Shown here: piece after piece, positions 1 through 13,433 of the stretch | How positions within the stretch are numbered: position 1 is the stretch's first letter | How the letters are laid out: each line of letters starts with the position of its first letter | DNA from: Folioceros fuciformis | Lineage: Eukaryota | Length of the DNA stretch: 64,000 nt | NCBI GenBank assembly: GCA_049999805.1 | Contig: JBNGIO010006371.1 | Location: 407,049-471,048 of the forward strand | Direction: 5' to 3' | The notes under the pieces: model-generated | What the model saw: only the letters and a program-made list of their open reading frames with translations | Told to the model about the DNA's origin: nothing | Databases searched by the model: none | Program-made: the position numbers and the translations under genes

Positions 1-1790
1 GAATTGAAAAAATTTCATGTGATTTTTGATTTTTTTTCCTTTTTTTTCTGCTTTGTATTTTGTTTTTTCCCTTGTTTTTGTGTGGCTTTTTGTAAGGGTT
101 CGATGATATTCTTCATCGGATCTTGCGATCACTACATATAACATAACCGCTAGGAATTTTGGAGGGATGAATATATTTAGAGATTCCAATTCATTGTAAT
201 TTTAGCATGCTATGGTTTTGGCAAAAAGCTATGCTTTGAGAAATTTAGAGTATTGATTAGCGCGCCTATTTGACCTTGGTGAATTAGTTCACGTCAATCT
301 TTCGAGGTATTACTAAAACGTACCATTGTATATGATTTACACAAATGTTTCCTTCTCATGTTCCAAAAAACAAGGTTTGTTTACGAGTGTGGAGTACTAC
401 TAAGGACATAAGTGACCTTAAATGACTTTACAAACACAAACCACTAATTGAAGGGCCAATGATTTAGTACTAGGGTTCGGCCTGTTTTCTTTTTCTTTTT
501 CTTTTTTTCCCTCTCTATCCTCCTATGAATAGAGTGTTTTGGATCGACCCATTTGTTCACCTCATATTTTGCAACAAATTGATTAGAGAAGGATAGCATG
601 TTGCTTGATGAGACTGTGTATAGAATGTGCTACAATAGGTGCCCATGGCTTCAAAAGGCCTTGGCCTGGTCTAGGCAAAAGAACCCATGGGGGGCTGATA
701 GGTGGGACGCTGGCAGTGCATTCGTTTTAATGGGTTCTAAATGTTCTAAATCCAGTTTAAACTAAGTAATCTCATTTTACAATTCTAACAACTGTTATTT
801 AGGTAACTTCTGTTTAAACTATATAACCAAATTATATAATTTTATATCCTCTTATATAAAATTTAAATATTTATAATGGTATAATTTATTTTCCTTCATA
901 TCATTCCAATGTATGCGTAGAGTAACCTTTTTTCAGTAAATAGGTATCTAAAGGTGAATTAAATGATCGAGAACACAAGTAACATAAGAGAGACCATATG
1001 TAGGAACTTTTAGAGTGAGAAAATTAGACTTAGAAGCATACTCACCACTACGTATCAAATTTGCACCTTTACGGCGAGGACTTTGTCTGCAGCTAGCTAT
1101 GTCACACGTTCGGGACTCCAAAAAGAAGAAAAAGACTAAGTAAGCACCTATAAACGCCCGGCTTAGCATTATTAGTGATCCATTGCTCGTTCCCAATCGG
1201 CACTGATTGGATTGCTTCATGCGCACTCATGGAATCTCGCCTTGCCCATTTCGATCTGCCTTCCAAACCCACTCCACTTCACACCTACGTTTGAGGGTGT
1301 CCGGTTTTTGTGAATGCTTTGCTGATGGCTTTTGTACATCTCCTGAACTTGGCGTCCCCACTCCAGAAACTGCTGCTCCACTTGGTCCCTTTGAATCAGC
1401 TGTTGGTTTGAGAATATGGACTAATAGTGTGGGCTAGAGTCTTGGAGCGGAGCATGGCAAGGACCAGGCCAAGACAAACACCGGATGAGATGCATGAATT
1501 CGATAAATCCATCCTGCACTCAAGGTGAGAAGCAGGCAACTCCTCAGCTTTAGGAGCCGTTAGTTTCTAAATTGGCAGATTTTGCAAACCATCCAACTTG
1601 GCACAGACAATGCGTTACTTTCTTGACTCTCAACTCGGCAATGTTCAGGACTTTGACACTTGACGACAAACCCAAGATTGGCCGGACGTGACCCCCCCAG
1701 GACAGATGACATAAATCTCCAAGATCCAGGGTGGGTGTCATGACAGTTACCAGTTCGATGCCCTGCGCGTCCACACAGATCTGCCGTCCC

Positions 1791-3823
1791 CTACCGCCAA
1801 AGTCGAAGAGGGATGGTTTCTCTCGCCATCTGTAGCACAAGATGTGGGCAGAGAACATCAATCACCATCCATGCATGTTTTGAAAAGCGAATAATCAAGG
1901 TTGTAGTCGAGATGAACATCAACCGTACCCATTGCTTAGGTGATAGGACGTTGATTTCGGATGACTGCCTTGCATGGCCAGCATCAAAGGTCACGACAAT
2001 GGACAACTCAAACTGCAGGGAAAATATTCTGCAGTGACCAAACATACCGACACACTCCGTAAGATCACAAGCATACTGAAAACGAGAAACGGATGACAGG
2101 ACAAACGAACCAGCCCTTGGGAGTGTCTACTAGCATACCCTGCAAACAAGGTGGGACAAGTGAATAGTCGGGGCAACACAAGATAGATTGGGATCACTAG
2201 GCCACGACAAATATCCCCATCTGCAATCTGCACAGTGCACCCGAATACATGCAGCAGGTTTCCGTTCGATCAATGAGATACGGCATTGTACTGTATGGGA
2301 CTGAAATCATCTACCTGAGTAGTTTGAATGTCTGTTTTCTCTGAAACCATGTCCTCCAATGCTTCAACTGACTCGATTCGGAGAAGCTGTATATCAATGG
2401 ATAAGATTGGAGCATCTGAATGGTCAACTCTGAGCTCTCCAGTAACAGGTTCCGTAACCAGGCAATCGTTAGCAATGTTGCCGGCGATCGTAAAACCTCC
2501 TATGCCCATTCACCGATACGACATTCAGACGAATTGAGATTGGATAATGGTGTGTACACTTGACTTTTCAGAGTCACATTTGTCTAAGCTGTATCTCGTT
2601 GTCTGGTGCTCATTCTGCACAGTGTTCAAGAATCGATAGTTGCTTGCCTGCACGAATGGATGGAAGAAGAGCATGATGCTGAGTGTTGGAAGTAATGTAA
2701 AAAGGTCTACGTTGCAAAGGCCTTCTAAAGTGAAGTCCTGCACCACAACTTGGAGCCCGTCAGTCAGGAATGTAGCTGCAGCTCATTTGCAAGGGAAAGC
2801 ACCAATCAGGCAACTGACCTCTCCCCTCTACAATGAACTCTGTACTTGCAGAAAGAGCCTTCTGAAGATATCCCCTTAGAACTTCAGCGGTGATCATGTA
2901 CTGGAACAAGAACCGAGTGCGCTGCGTTGCAAATTTGTTTGGCCAAGGAGCTGCTAAAATCACACGTCCACTCCCTGATGGCCCGACACTAATGCAGCAT
3001 TGATATTGTGGTCGACCTGTATGTTTATGTAGGCGCCATGATAGGTCTCATACAATGGCTCGGAAGCACCAGAACTGTGATGGTCCAACGCGATGTGAAA
3101 TGGCAGCTGCATTTCAACCAGACCGTGTTGACGGGCAATGAGCTAAGATGCCGCCTACAAGGACTTCTGAGTGCTAATTCAAATAGATTTGAGAGCAACC
3201 ACAACCTCCAATTTTCCAGCGGCCAACTTTCCAGCTGGAGCGATGTCGACCGTCTTGTTCCTGCGAAGTCATAAATGGAAACGTTCAGCGACAGCAGAGC
3301 TTTCTTGATTGATAGCTAGGTTATCACACGGGGCACCATGACGCAAGCTATCATCAGCACTCACAATAGCTGTAAAGGCGTCAGAGAATTGTAAACAGCT
3401 GCGATAAGTCCCACTGATCTTGAATTCAACTGGCAAAAGCAGCAGGCGACATAAGCCAACCTGACAGTCCTGAGCTCTTCAGCTAAGCATTTACGTACAT
3501 CGACTCTCACCGACCCAATTATACCTGAGTTGTGGCAGTGCCAACGGCAGTTAGTCTGATGCCCTGATGGGACAGACTGGCTGGGCATGTGATGACAATT
3601 GTGCCATCCACGACATCCTGCAAGGAGCACAAATTCTCAGCACCAAAGGCTCCAGAAGACGACAAGGACTCAGATCAATGCTCACACTCCCTGCTGAAAT
3701 AGAACCTTGAGAGACTTCCGATCAGCCTTCGATTGCACATACTTGAGTGAAGCGAGGTAGTGTAGGACTCACCGGTGGACGGTAGACGCAGTCTTGACGT
3801 GAGAATTTCACATCCACTGCCAT
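1791..3823 (-). CDS. VPS26C: VPS26C / DSCR3-like retriever subunit (multi-exon)
   Basis: Exons joined by hand at GT-AG introns read MAVDVKFSRQDCVYRPP / DVVDGTIVITCPASLSHQGIRL / LYETYHGAYINIQ / YMITAEVLRGYLQKALSASTEFIVE / GGFTIAGNIA...LLRIES...IQTTQ / IADGDICRGLVIPIYLVLPRLFTCPT / ...MARETIPLRLWR*. These match DSCR3 family motifs. ATG at 3823, TAG at 1793-1791. Confidence 0.9.
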
Positions 3824-4586
3824 CACTTAGACAGGGTCTCAGCAGCTTCTTTGGAAGACGAACGTATTGAGCAACGATCTCCACGAGACGGGAGGAACTT
3901 CCAAACGCAGCTGACCGCAGAAGGACAAGGTTTGTAAGTTTCACGTGCTCTTTTGCAGGTTCGGGCCATAGAGATGAGATAAACGGATTCGAAGGTCGTC
4001 CTCAAGCATCATCTAATGAAAGCGGCAAAGGCTCCAGATTCGGATGTCTTTCGCTTCAAGGTGAAATGAGTTCTGAATTTCGCATACGTTGACTGAACAC
4101 ACAGATGGGGACTACTTTGCAAGGCAACGACATGCCAGGTCTTTATTTCCTGGAGATGGTAAGACGGATCAGTTTTGAAGGCCAAACTTTCTTTTCCAAC
4201 AGGAAGCTTTGAGGCATGTCCTGCACCTATCAGGCCTGCTGTTAAATGGCAGGCTAAACCTTGATGGTAAAGTGAGGTGCGGGCAATCCATGGTTTACGT
4301 GAAAACTGGCTGAGCAAACGCTGGTGGAACTGGCAACCTTCCAGCTGGTAGCTTTCTCATTTGCTGACTGTTCAAACGGAGAGTCAATTATATGAATCTC
4401 AACACAAAGTGAAGATTGGAAACTTGACTTGAATGCTTCCCACTTCAAGCAAGGAGTGTGTGCAACTTCCCCTCATAGGTTGGGGGAGCTTGTGAGGTAT
4501 TGAATTACCCACAAACCAGCAACTGAACTCGGCATGATTCTAATGGGAATCAACCCTTCTGAAAGACGATGACTAACAGCAGAGGA

Positions 4587-5134
4587 CTAAGCAGCAGGGC
4601 CAGAGCTTGCCTGCTCTTGCAAATGCCCATACTGCTCATTCCATGCTTTCCCAGCTTCTTCAGGGGTTCGGAAGGTCCAAATGTGAAGGGGAGGCCTCGC
4701 TTTTTCATCCAAGTAAGCCTGTGCAAACAAACAGCAGGAAGGAAAGGTCAGGACAAAGGTTCGTTCACAGATTCTACGCAGCCAAAACGGGAGATGGTGC
4801 CAGAGGGGCAGCTTACTTGCACTTCCGCGGCTGGTCTCCTCTTCATCGCAGCGCAGTCCCACAGAGCAGACCACTTGCCTCTGCAATCATCAAATGCCCC
4901 TTCTCTGTAATACTCAGTCATCTGGTAAACCGGAGCTGTAATAAACAAAGGACCACATGAGCTTGTGTGATGGTTACCAAGAACACTTCTGGCTTGCGGA
5001 AAGAAGAGAATTCGTGGGAGGAAGATCGACTCACAGTAACAAAAGTAGATGGCATCAAAGTATTTGGTGCAACTAAGCTTGGGCCGTTGCTGCTGCGTGG
5101 AATCGCTGGTGGCAGGCAGTTGAGCTTCTGCCAT
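4587..5134 (-). CDS. DUF3128 / Emi1-like small Cys-rich protein (3 exons)
   Basis: MAEAQ...KLSCTKYFDAIYFCY / PVYQMTEYYREGAFDDCRGKWSALWDC...AAEVQ / AYLDEKARPPLHIWTFRTPEEA...*. The Cys spacing and HIWTFRTPEEA motif are typical of the family. Confidence 0.85.
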
Positions 5135-5674
5135 CCTTCTGCGGCGCTTGACTTGGTCACGCCACAAACCACGTCACACCCTTGGCAACAGGAAGCTGCG
5201 ACGCCTGGTGAGGAGATGCCTCAGATTGCTGCTCTCTTGTTCCAGACTTCGGGTTTCAAGACTCCTGCCATTGGCTGCAAGGCAAGCTCATAGCGGAGTT
5301 ACAGGATGCTCCTTAGAATCACTGCCCTATTCCACATCAAGGACAACATCTTTTCTGCTGCCCTCACCTTGTCCCAGAACTCCACTCGCTTGACCCGTTC
5401 GGCTGTTCGCGTTCCTTGTGGATGGTTACCGCTCGCTGACGGTATTAGAGCTGCATGAATTGCATGCAGCCAGCCTTCATCGGAGACGGGCATAGTTACG
5501 ATTCGCAAACTGCAGTCGGCACGTCACTTCGTCATTTTCGCCGAAGTTAGGCCAAGACCTGGTAAACATTGAGGCCAGATCCTAGGCTTTCGGTTTAGGT
5601 TTAGCTCGGAGCTGTTCTGCAGGTACGAAGCCGACGATGTCCATGAAGAAAGCAATACTCTGAATTTCTCCACC

Positions 5675-7624
5675 ATGGGGAAGGCCTCCAAAGACAAGAG
5701 GGTTAGCATTTGATTGCAACGTCGTCGCCATGGCTATCTGGTCTGAATTCGTGGATGATGTTTGCTTTCCCTGTCTGGAATTTTGTATTTGTGGTCGCAG
5801 GACATCTACTACCGCAAAGCGAAAGAAGAGGGATGGCGGGCTCGCAGTGCCTTCAAGCTGTTGCAGATCGACGAAGAGTTCAGCCTTTTAGAAGGTGCAC
5901 CTGGAATGCAACAGTTGTTGTTGGTGATGTTTCATTTGCTGTCAGCGATTTTTCATCAGTGTCATATGTTTGTCGGTGCTCTGGCAGGTGTGAAGTGTGT
6001 AGTGGATCTCTGTGCTGCACCAGGAAGTTGGAGCCAGGTCATGCGTCACTCCTGGTCGGCTTTAACACTGGCTTGATTGATTGTCTCCACCCCGTCTGCT
6101 AACTTGCACTTGTGTTACAGGTTTTGAGCAGGAAGCTGTATGTGCCAGCCAAGACGGCAGCTGAATCCGGGTAAGCGTTCGCATCCCCATACCCCCAGAA
6201 CCTTGTGCCTCTCAATCGTTGGCCTCCTAGAAGAAACGAGGCTGGATAAAAATTCAATATTGAAAACCTTCGAACAGGGATGGTGATCTTCCCTTGATTG
6301 TGGCCGTGGATCTGCAACCTATGGCCCCTATCGAAGGTGTTATTCAAGTTCAGGGAGACATCACAAGTGCCCGCACCGCAGAGCTGGTTTGTGTTTATTC
6401 GAGGTGCCGCTCTCATTTTTCTCGTCGGTGACCTTAAGCAACTCTTAGTGGTTTTACCTTCCCTTCCTAGCATTCAGGTGATCCAGCATTTCCACGGCCG
6501 GCAAGCAGATTTGGTTGTGTGTGACGGTGCTCCTGATGGTAAGAACATGACCTGCCCAAAGCCGACTTGTCTCTGTCAAGCATTGCAGTCAGTCTCACTG
6601 TCTGCTGAGCTCCTTTGACTGGCTCCTTCAGTGACTGGGCTTCACGATATGGACGAGTTCGTGCAATCACAGCTCATACTTGCGGTACTGAACCTGGTCC
6701 TTCCGTCGTCGCCTCCACATGTTATCTTGTAAGCAAGACTTGTCTCTTAAGCTTGTTGAGCCACTTAAGCTGAACCACTTGCTTGCTAGGCCATGACAAT
6801 CGTGACCCACATCTTGAGGGAGGGAGGCAACTTCGTTGCCAAAATCTTCAGAGGAAAAGACATGAGCCTTCTCTACTCACAGGTGAGAGTCACTACAGCT
6901 CCTCCACCTACCCTGGCGTCTCCTTCTCAAGTTGCATGACATCTGAAAATAGCAGCTGGAGATGAGGCATGTCAGTTAACTAATCTCGGCTGCGTTGCTT
7001 AATACTGCAGCTGAAGGTTTTCTTCCAAGTAGTGACGATTGCAAAGCCAAAGAGCAGCCGAAACTCCAGCATAGGTATAATCAGATTCCTGGCTTACTTC
7101 ACCTACCAATATATTACCCACGCTCATGCTCACACACCCCCACACCCATCCCCTCCCACACCCTACCGACCCCACTCACCCACCCACCCTCAAGCATATC
7201 TATCTAACACCACACTGGACTGGCAGAGGCATTTGTGGTATGCGAACACTTTAAGCTCCCGGCAGGCCTGAACCCAGGGGAACTTCGGAAACTGCTTGCC
7301 AGCCCAACCGACGAGCACGGTAAGAGCCAAAGTGATAAAGCCTCGCAGACTCCTGCTAACGCCAAGATCGTGGGCTCACATCTCACGTCCTGCATGGTGT
7401 GAAACGTGTGTGCAGACTGCTGCAGCGCGGTGCTTGAGGGCCCTAACAAGGTGATCATCCCCTTCCTGGCTTGCGGGGACCTGAGCGGCTACGATGCTGA
7501 CCAGACATACCCACTCCCTAAAACTGGAGAAACCTTGGCACCCACACAGCCTCCCATAGCTCCGCCCTACAAAACGGCTCTGGAATTGGGCAAGCACGCT
7601 GGCGTTGCTGGCAGGAACAAGTAA
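5675..7624 (+). CDS. TRM7: tRNA (cytidine32/guanosine34-2'-O)-methyltransferase, FtsJ family (multi-exon)
   Basis: [126 protein letters not shown]. Stop TAA at 7622-7624. Confidence 0.95.
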
Positions 7625-10600
7625 CACGTGAGATTTTTTGGCTCCTCGCTGGATGCCTCCAGTAAAATGCGTTGCGGGCTCTCCCTCGTATCCGGAGCTG
7701 CCAAGCGCTGCCAAGCGTGGTCCCCATTCGTACCAGTGCGGAACGAAAGCCTGATGCTAAGAGTAGGTGACCGGTACCTGCCACGGAGTACTGCCCTCGT
7801 ACCTGCATACGGGCAAGGACGCGGAAGGTACGGCACGGGACCACGGCGGGCCTACCATGTAACACGTACATATTCCCCACGAGTACGGTGCCACCGCCCA
7901 AATAATGACATACACACGCGGTTGATTTGTTTTTTTTTTGTATTTTAATACTTTTCGTAACCGGCCCAACCGGCCCAACACGTTGCTGTCCGCTAAAATT
8001 ACATACAAAACTTTACAGTGAAGAAGTCGTGCCTTCTGAGCTTGAAGGACCCACTCCTTCCTTGCGAAACGCAAGGCAGCTCCCATAATGTATAGGATGC
8101 TATAGCGCCTGGGCCCGGGCCGGCGGTCGGCCCGTCCTTGCCAGCTCCTTTCCCTTCTCTGTTTGCCTTGTGCTGTAGGTCACGGACTTCGTCACGGGCC
8201 TCGGTGACGAGGGTCTGTTGTCTCGTAGCAGCTGCCGGAGGACAAAGCCTCCACATCGGTATGTCCATCCAATCCTGTGCGGAAGAGCAGGCTGCGCCTG
8301 CAAACCGTACACACGGGTAAAGGCTACAAATCTCCATGAACCTGTGAGGTTACGGAACCGTGCGTCGCACGGTTCCGTGCTCGCGCCAACCTCCACTGGT
8401 CGTTGTACTTTGAGGGACGGGTTCCGGGTTCCGGCTCCGGTCACGGCTCTCAACCGGTAGCCGTACCGGCACCCCGGTGCACATGCGGCGCATGTGCCGG
8501 AAGCCTGTCACGGCTGGGGGCCTGGGGCCTGGGGCTTGGGCTCCCGTGTGCCGGGAGCCGGAAGATTAATAGGAGACATATCCCCGCACCATGTCGCCCA
8601 TGTTCCTTGGCTTTGAAGACTGGCCTAGTGACTGGGTCATGGCCGTACTGTCTTCTCCAGCTGGCTCTGCTCCACCGGGTCAAGAAGTGAACGAGACCAG
8701 GGTTAGTATGCCAGAAAGCTAGTGGCCTTGCGAGGAAGAAGCTTCTGTGATTGCACTTTCTTCCAGAATACAAACATACTTTACCTGACAGACCTATGTC
8801 CCCTCTTGTAGAGATATGTTAGACAGCAGCTGGAGGTACCTGAGCAAAGATGGTAGGGCCAAGCTCGTGACAATGCCCGTGCGGGGATCAGGTAGACGAT
8901 GTGGCGGGAGGGGAGTCATGAACGCTGGAGAGGATCAATGTGGAACAGAGGATATGAACATGGGACGGGTTGAGAGGGACGGGTGGTAAGTGCTGACACA
9001 GGAAATGTGAGGGTAGTCAAGTAGCGTGATCGACGGACGGCCAGGCCTGGGGAAGGATGGAATGAGGCTGCACAATCAAGGCGCTTATTCACAAATAGTG
9101 CAGGCAGGGATCAGAGGGGATATACTGCGCAATGCATGATCTTCGTTCAACTGCTTGAATCTGTGATTCACGCACAATCAGCATTGTACTGTGGTGGAGC
9201 TGCATAGATGGATCGTGGTTGGGCTGAAATAAGAGCATTGAGGGAGCGTATAAGCTTTGAAAAAGCCAAAGGATGCAGCTGGTCACCTGGCATTCTTATG
9301 TACAAACTCGGTGAATGGAATCCACCATATGCAGTTAGTTCCTTCAACTCCTCGACTCGAATGTCTGCACGCTAAAACCTATCAATGCGGCAGCCACCTG
9401 CACCACACTGGTCAGGAAATCCTCACTTGCAACCACCGTGATGTGATGAGAAGTTTGCGTGCCTTAATCGCACCCAGATTCAAGTGCTTATGTCTCCGTC
9501 GTCGTCCATCCGCCGCGCGGTCCACGGGACGAGTGCTACGGTTCGCTCATGCACAAAGCTTGGAAGGGGATAGATACAACGCTACCAAAGCCAGTCCCCG
9601 ACCGGTCGCTGTGGCCAGGCAGGCAGATGTGATTGGTCCCATGTTTCCAGCTTCCCACTCCAGATCGGGGGATGTACACTACTATGCTGTGATCATGTGC
9701 AAGCCCCTGGTGGTGTCGGAGCTCGTCCCTTCTTTTCCAACACGCATCACACCAGCACATGTGAGTGGTCGCAGCATCCATACCACTGTACCAACAACAG
9801 TTCCCACATGTATGAGGTGGGAGAAGGGAGTGATGACGTTTCCTTGCACCTTCCGATCCAATAGCCAGTGAAGCCAAATTGTGATTCCCTTCTCCCTTCC
9901 TGCACAAAGGATATTAAACAATAGTAGCCAAGGCTTCACACCACGTGGATGCCTGGTTGACAAGACCGCAGGTCATTTGAAGTCAAGAGAAGGGATGTCG
10001 GGAGAATAGTCTACTGAGTTTTTCGGAACGACTTGGAGAGCTTACCAAGTCTCGAGGAAGAGAAAGCACACCAGAGCAAAGCACCTTCCTTCCTTCCTCC
10101 CTTTCCAACACAGCAAATAAAACATACAAAATCACGCCTCCCGAGTCATGGAACTCTGAGGAATGGAATCAGTCCTCGCCAACCGCGTTATAAATTACCG
10201 AACAATGGCACCCGTCCGAGTCAAGACACGCAAAGATCGCACCACCAATCGCTCCTCATAATGAACAACAGAAATGACAGCAAGACGCTGCGCCGCACCA
10301 TCACAAGAAATCTCAACTCCACGGAGCCCGGCACCTGGACCTAGAGGATCCAACCCGGGTTCCCCGGCCGTCCAACATTTCCAAACATTCCACAATCAAC
10401 CGTCGTTTTGTGTCAAAAAAACCCTTAGGAACATTCCGCACATGTGTGAACATGGCTACCAATCCACCAAGTGTCACCTCTAGAGCCAATTCAAAGCCGC
10501 GTACACTGCACTTGAAACACTCCAAACCCTAGCGTCCACTCACATCCTCCCCACACCAACCAAGTTGGTACACTCTAAACGCTACTCCCGTCACCTCTAC

Positions 10601-11775
10601 TTTCTCTTCCCAAGGCGCCATGTGTCCACCCCGATTGCGCTCCACAAACCACGTCCATACTCTACACACATCCACCAACTTGCACATCCGATAATCCCTC
10701 TTGCAAGCTGCAAGCTCATGCAAATCCCAAACTAAATTCTGCATTCTCCCGCCGCCACCTGCGTACCTCGGCGCGCCATCCCGGCCGAATTACTCGCTTG
10801 CCCTCCTTCTCCCATTCCCATTCCCATTCCCGCCATTTCCTTCCAGTTCCACCACTAGACCCTAACCCCAGCTGGCTAGACACCGCTTCCTCCTCCGCAC
10901 GTGTCGCTTCTCCTTTCCCTAGCTGCAGCAGATCCCATCATCCTACTGACGGTCTCCCGCTCCAAGATCCACCAGCAAATCCGCAGGCTCCTGTAACGTG
11001 GTCTGCCTCCCGTTCCTTTTTCCCGCATCCATTGGCGAGCCGGGCCTCCACTCGCCGCACACGACCGACGAACCCGATGCATATGAGACGTCCTTTCCGG
11101 CCCCTGTCGGGCGCGTTCCTCCACCGCGTGTATCAAACATCCCAAAATCAACCCCAGATACATAATGTATGTGTGTTTGTTCATAATCCCACCCTAATCA
11201 CCTCCAGATACATTTTCTAATATTATATTCAATCAACCAAAGCGTGTTGCTAAAGTTGAATAGATCCGGAGCGTAAAGGTTGAACAAATGCTACAGGAAC
11301 ATGTGGTGAATATGTGATGGAGATGGAAAATCAACACGAGGATGGCTGAATATGAAATCTTTTTAATAAATAAATATTTCAAATAATAATTATATTATAA
11401 ATCAAGATAAAGATAAATATAATTAGACGAGGGTGCATCCAAAAGAGTACCATGCGTACCATATCCCCGGGCACACCCATATTCCTGCATAGTCCTCTTA
11501 AAAAATCACACATTTTCTGACTTGTGAATGGAGTCAGTGCAAATGGTAAATAAAATGTACATAAAATAATAATATATTTGTGATAATAGTATATTTCGTA
11601 CAAAGGATAATTATATATATGTTGGAAGTTGAACCAAGTACTGCAGAAACTGCATATGCTTTCGTGTCTGGGAGGACGGTACGTACCAGGACGGTACGTA
11701 ATGCGGGCCCGGGCCTTTGCCGAATTGGAAGCAGCCCCGAAGGACAGGTGGTGGTATAGGGAAGCGGCCGGGAGT

Positions 11776-11832
11776 CGTGAATTGCGAGACGTGGATTATG
11801 AGACGTGAATTGTGAGACGTGAATCCTGGAAT
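11776..11832 (+). promoter_or_regulatory. 14-bp tandem repeat carrying three GACGTG (ACGT-core) motifs, upstream of a TATA box and a SAUR gene
   Basis: Units CGTGAATTGCGAGA / CGTGGATTATGAGA / CGTGAATTGTGAGA / CGTGAATCC. TATATA at ~11912. Confidence 0.4.
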
Positions 11833-12040
11833 CGTGAAGTGACCAAGGAGTCGGGTTAGAGGGGCAGAAGAGAGAGAGATGGCGGTGGTGGGCCGCAACG
11901 GCCTGGCTTGCTATATAGAAATATTGTGAGGCAAGCGAGTTACTGTAAGTGAAGAGAGCGCGCCGGCGATTCCATCTCTCGTCTCCCGTGGCGCTGTGCT
12001 GTGCTGTGCTGCGCTGTGCGGGGTTTGCTGCTCCATCTGC

Positions 12041-12100
12041 CTGGGCTTGCCTTACCTGGGCTTGCCTTGCCTGGGCTTGCCTTACCTGGGCTTGCCTTCC
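12041..12100 (+). repeat. 15-bp tandem repeat x4 (CTGGGCTTGCCTT[A/G]C)
   Basis: Four consecutive near-identical units read directly. Confidence 0.9.
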
Positions 12101-12499
12101 TGGCTTCGCTGCTCTGCTGCTCGCCTCGGCCTATTTTAAGGCAGGGAGAATCAGAAGACGCCTGTGCAGAGAGCACTCCGCCTCTCCGGGTCCTGCCGCT
12201 ATATCGAGAGTCTGCTGCTTCCCAGCCTTCTTGCTTGGCCTCTGTGCGCGGTCTGGGCTGGGTGTGAGGAGCGCGGGGGATTTGTGGGCCGGCTGTGTCG
12301 TGCTGCCTGGGAGGGCTTGGGGTCTCGGTGTTGTTGCGTGGGCTGCGTGCTTCCTCCGGTGGCACGGCGCCGGGAGCCTGGAGGAGGGGAGGTTGTGTGG
12401 TGGGTGCTTGCCTCTCTGCCGCTCACCTTTGCTGGTGCACCGGTTGAGAGGGAGATGTCGGTTCATCATTTCTGGTAGTGGGTGTTTGAGCATGTGAAG

Positions 12500-12899
12500 N
12501 NNNNNNNNNNNNNNNNNNNNNNNNNNNNNNNNNNNNNNNNNNNNNNNNNNNNNNNNNNNNNNNNNNNNNNNNNNNNNNNNNNNNNNNNNNNNNNNNNNNN
12601 NNNNNNNNNNNNNNNNNNNNNNNNNNNNNNNNNNNNNNNNNNNNNNNNNNNNNNNNNNNNNNNNNNNNNNNNNNNNNNNNNNNNNNNNNNNNNNNNNNNN
12701 NNNNNNNNNNNNNNNNNNNNNNNNNNNNNNNNNNNNNNNNNNNNNNNNNNNNNNNNNNNNNNNNNNNNNNNNNNNNNNNNNNNNNNNNNNNNNNNNNNNN
12801 NNNNNNNNNNNNNNNNNNNNNNNNNNNNNNNNNNNNNNNNNNNNNNNNNNNNNNNNNNNNNNNNNNNNNNNNNNNNNNNNNNNNNNNNNNNNNNNNNNN
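12500..12899. other. Assembly gap (400 N)
   Basis: Run of N. Confidence 1.
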
Positions 12900-12911
12900 A
12901 GGGAAGGGAAG

Positions 12912-13433
12912 ATGTATGTGAAGGGAGGGAGCAGGGGGAAGGGGGGGAAGGTGGCGAAGCTGCTGAGCGTGGTGCGCAGGTTGGCGCACAGGGAGCAGGA
13001 CTACACGGCGCTGAGCGCTTCGAACTCGCTGCGGTCGACGGGGGACGGGAGCAGCCTGAGTATGAGCATGAGCCTGGGGAGCCAGTGGGAGGCGTCGGAT
13101 TCGGACGAGGATGACGACAACGGCGTGGACTGCGCGCTGCCGGACGTGCCGGCGGGCTGCCTGGCCGTGTACGTCGGGGAGCAGCAGCAGCGGTTTGTGA
13201 TCCGGGCGCAGTACCTCAACCACAGCCTGTTCAAGGCGCTGCTGGACAAGTCCCGGGACGAGTTCGGCTTCCAGCAGAAGGGGGCCCTGCATATTCCCTG
13301 CGAGGTGGTGCTGTTCGAGCACCTGCTGTGGGTCCTCAGCAAGGGGGACCCCGCCGCCGCCGAGGAGGAGGCCATGGGCCTGCATCAACTCTTGAATTTC
13401 TATGCCGGCAGCGAGGGCGAGATGTCCTCGTGA
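12912..13433 (+). CDS. SAUR: SAUR (small auxin-up RNA) family protein with N-terminal extension
   Basis: DVPAGCLAVYVGEQQQRFVIRAQYLNHSLFKALL...EFGFQQKGALHIPCEVVLFEHLLW is the SAUR domain. Intronless. The start lies next to a gap, so it may be further upstream. Confidence 0.93.
   Translation: MYVKGGSRGKGGKVAKLLSVVRRLAHREQDYTALSASNSLRSTGDGSSLSMSMSLGSQWEASDSDEDDDNGVDCALPDVPAGCLAVYVGEQQQRFVIRAQYLNHSLFKALLDKSRDEFGFQQKGALHIPCEVVLFEHLLWVLSKGDPAAAEEEAMGLHQLLNFYAGSEGEMSS

Noticed and set aside
1220..1700. Small minus-strand gene downstream of VPS26C
   Set aside because: The exon-like pieces do not join in phase and no family was recognised.
9257..11220. Several 100-200 aa ORFs
   Set aside because: Non-ATG starts or low-complexity composition, with no motifs or consistent splice pattern.
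11866..11880. miR529-like AGAAGAGAGAGAG
   Set aside because: Only the GA-repeat part matches and no hairpin partner is evident.
12423..13388. Long antisense ORFs over SAUR, and similar ones over the F-box and WRI genes
   Set aside because: Shadow frames of GC-rich coding sequence with no recognisable domains.
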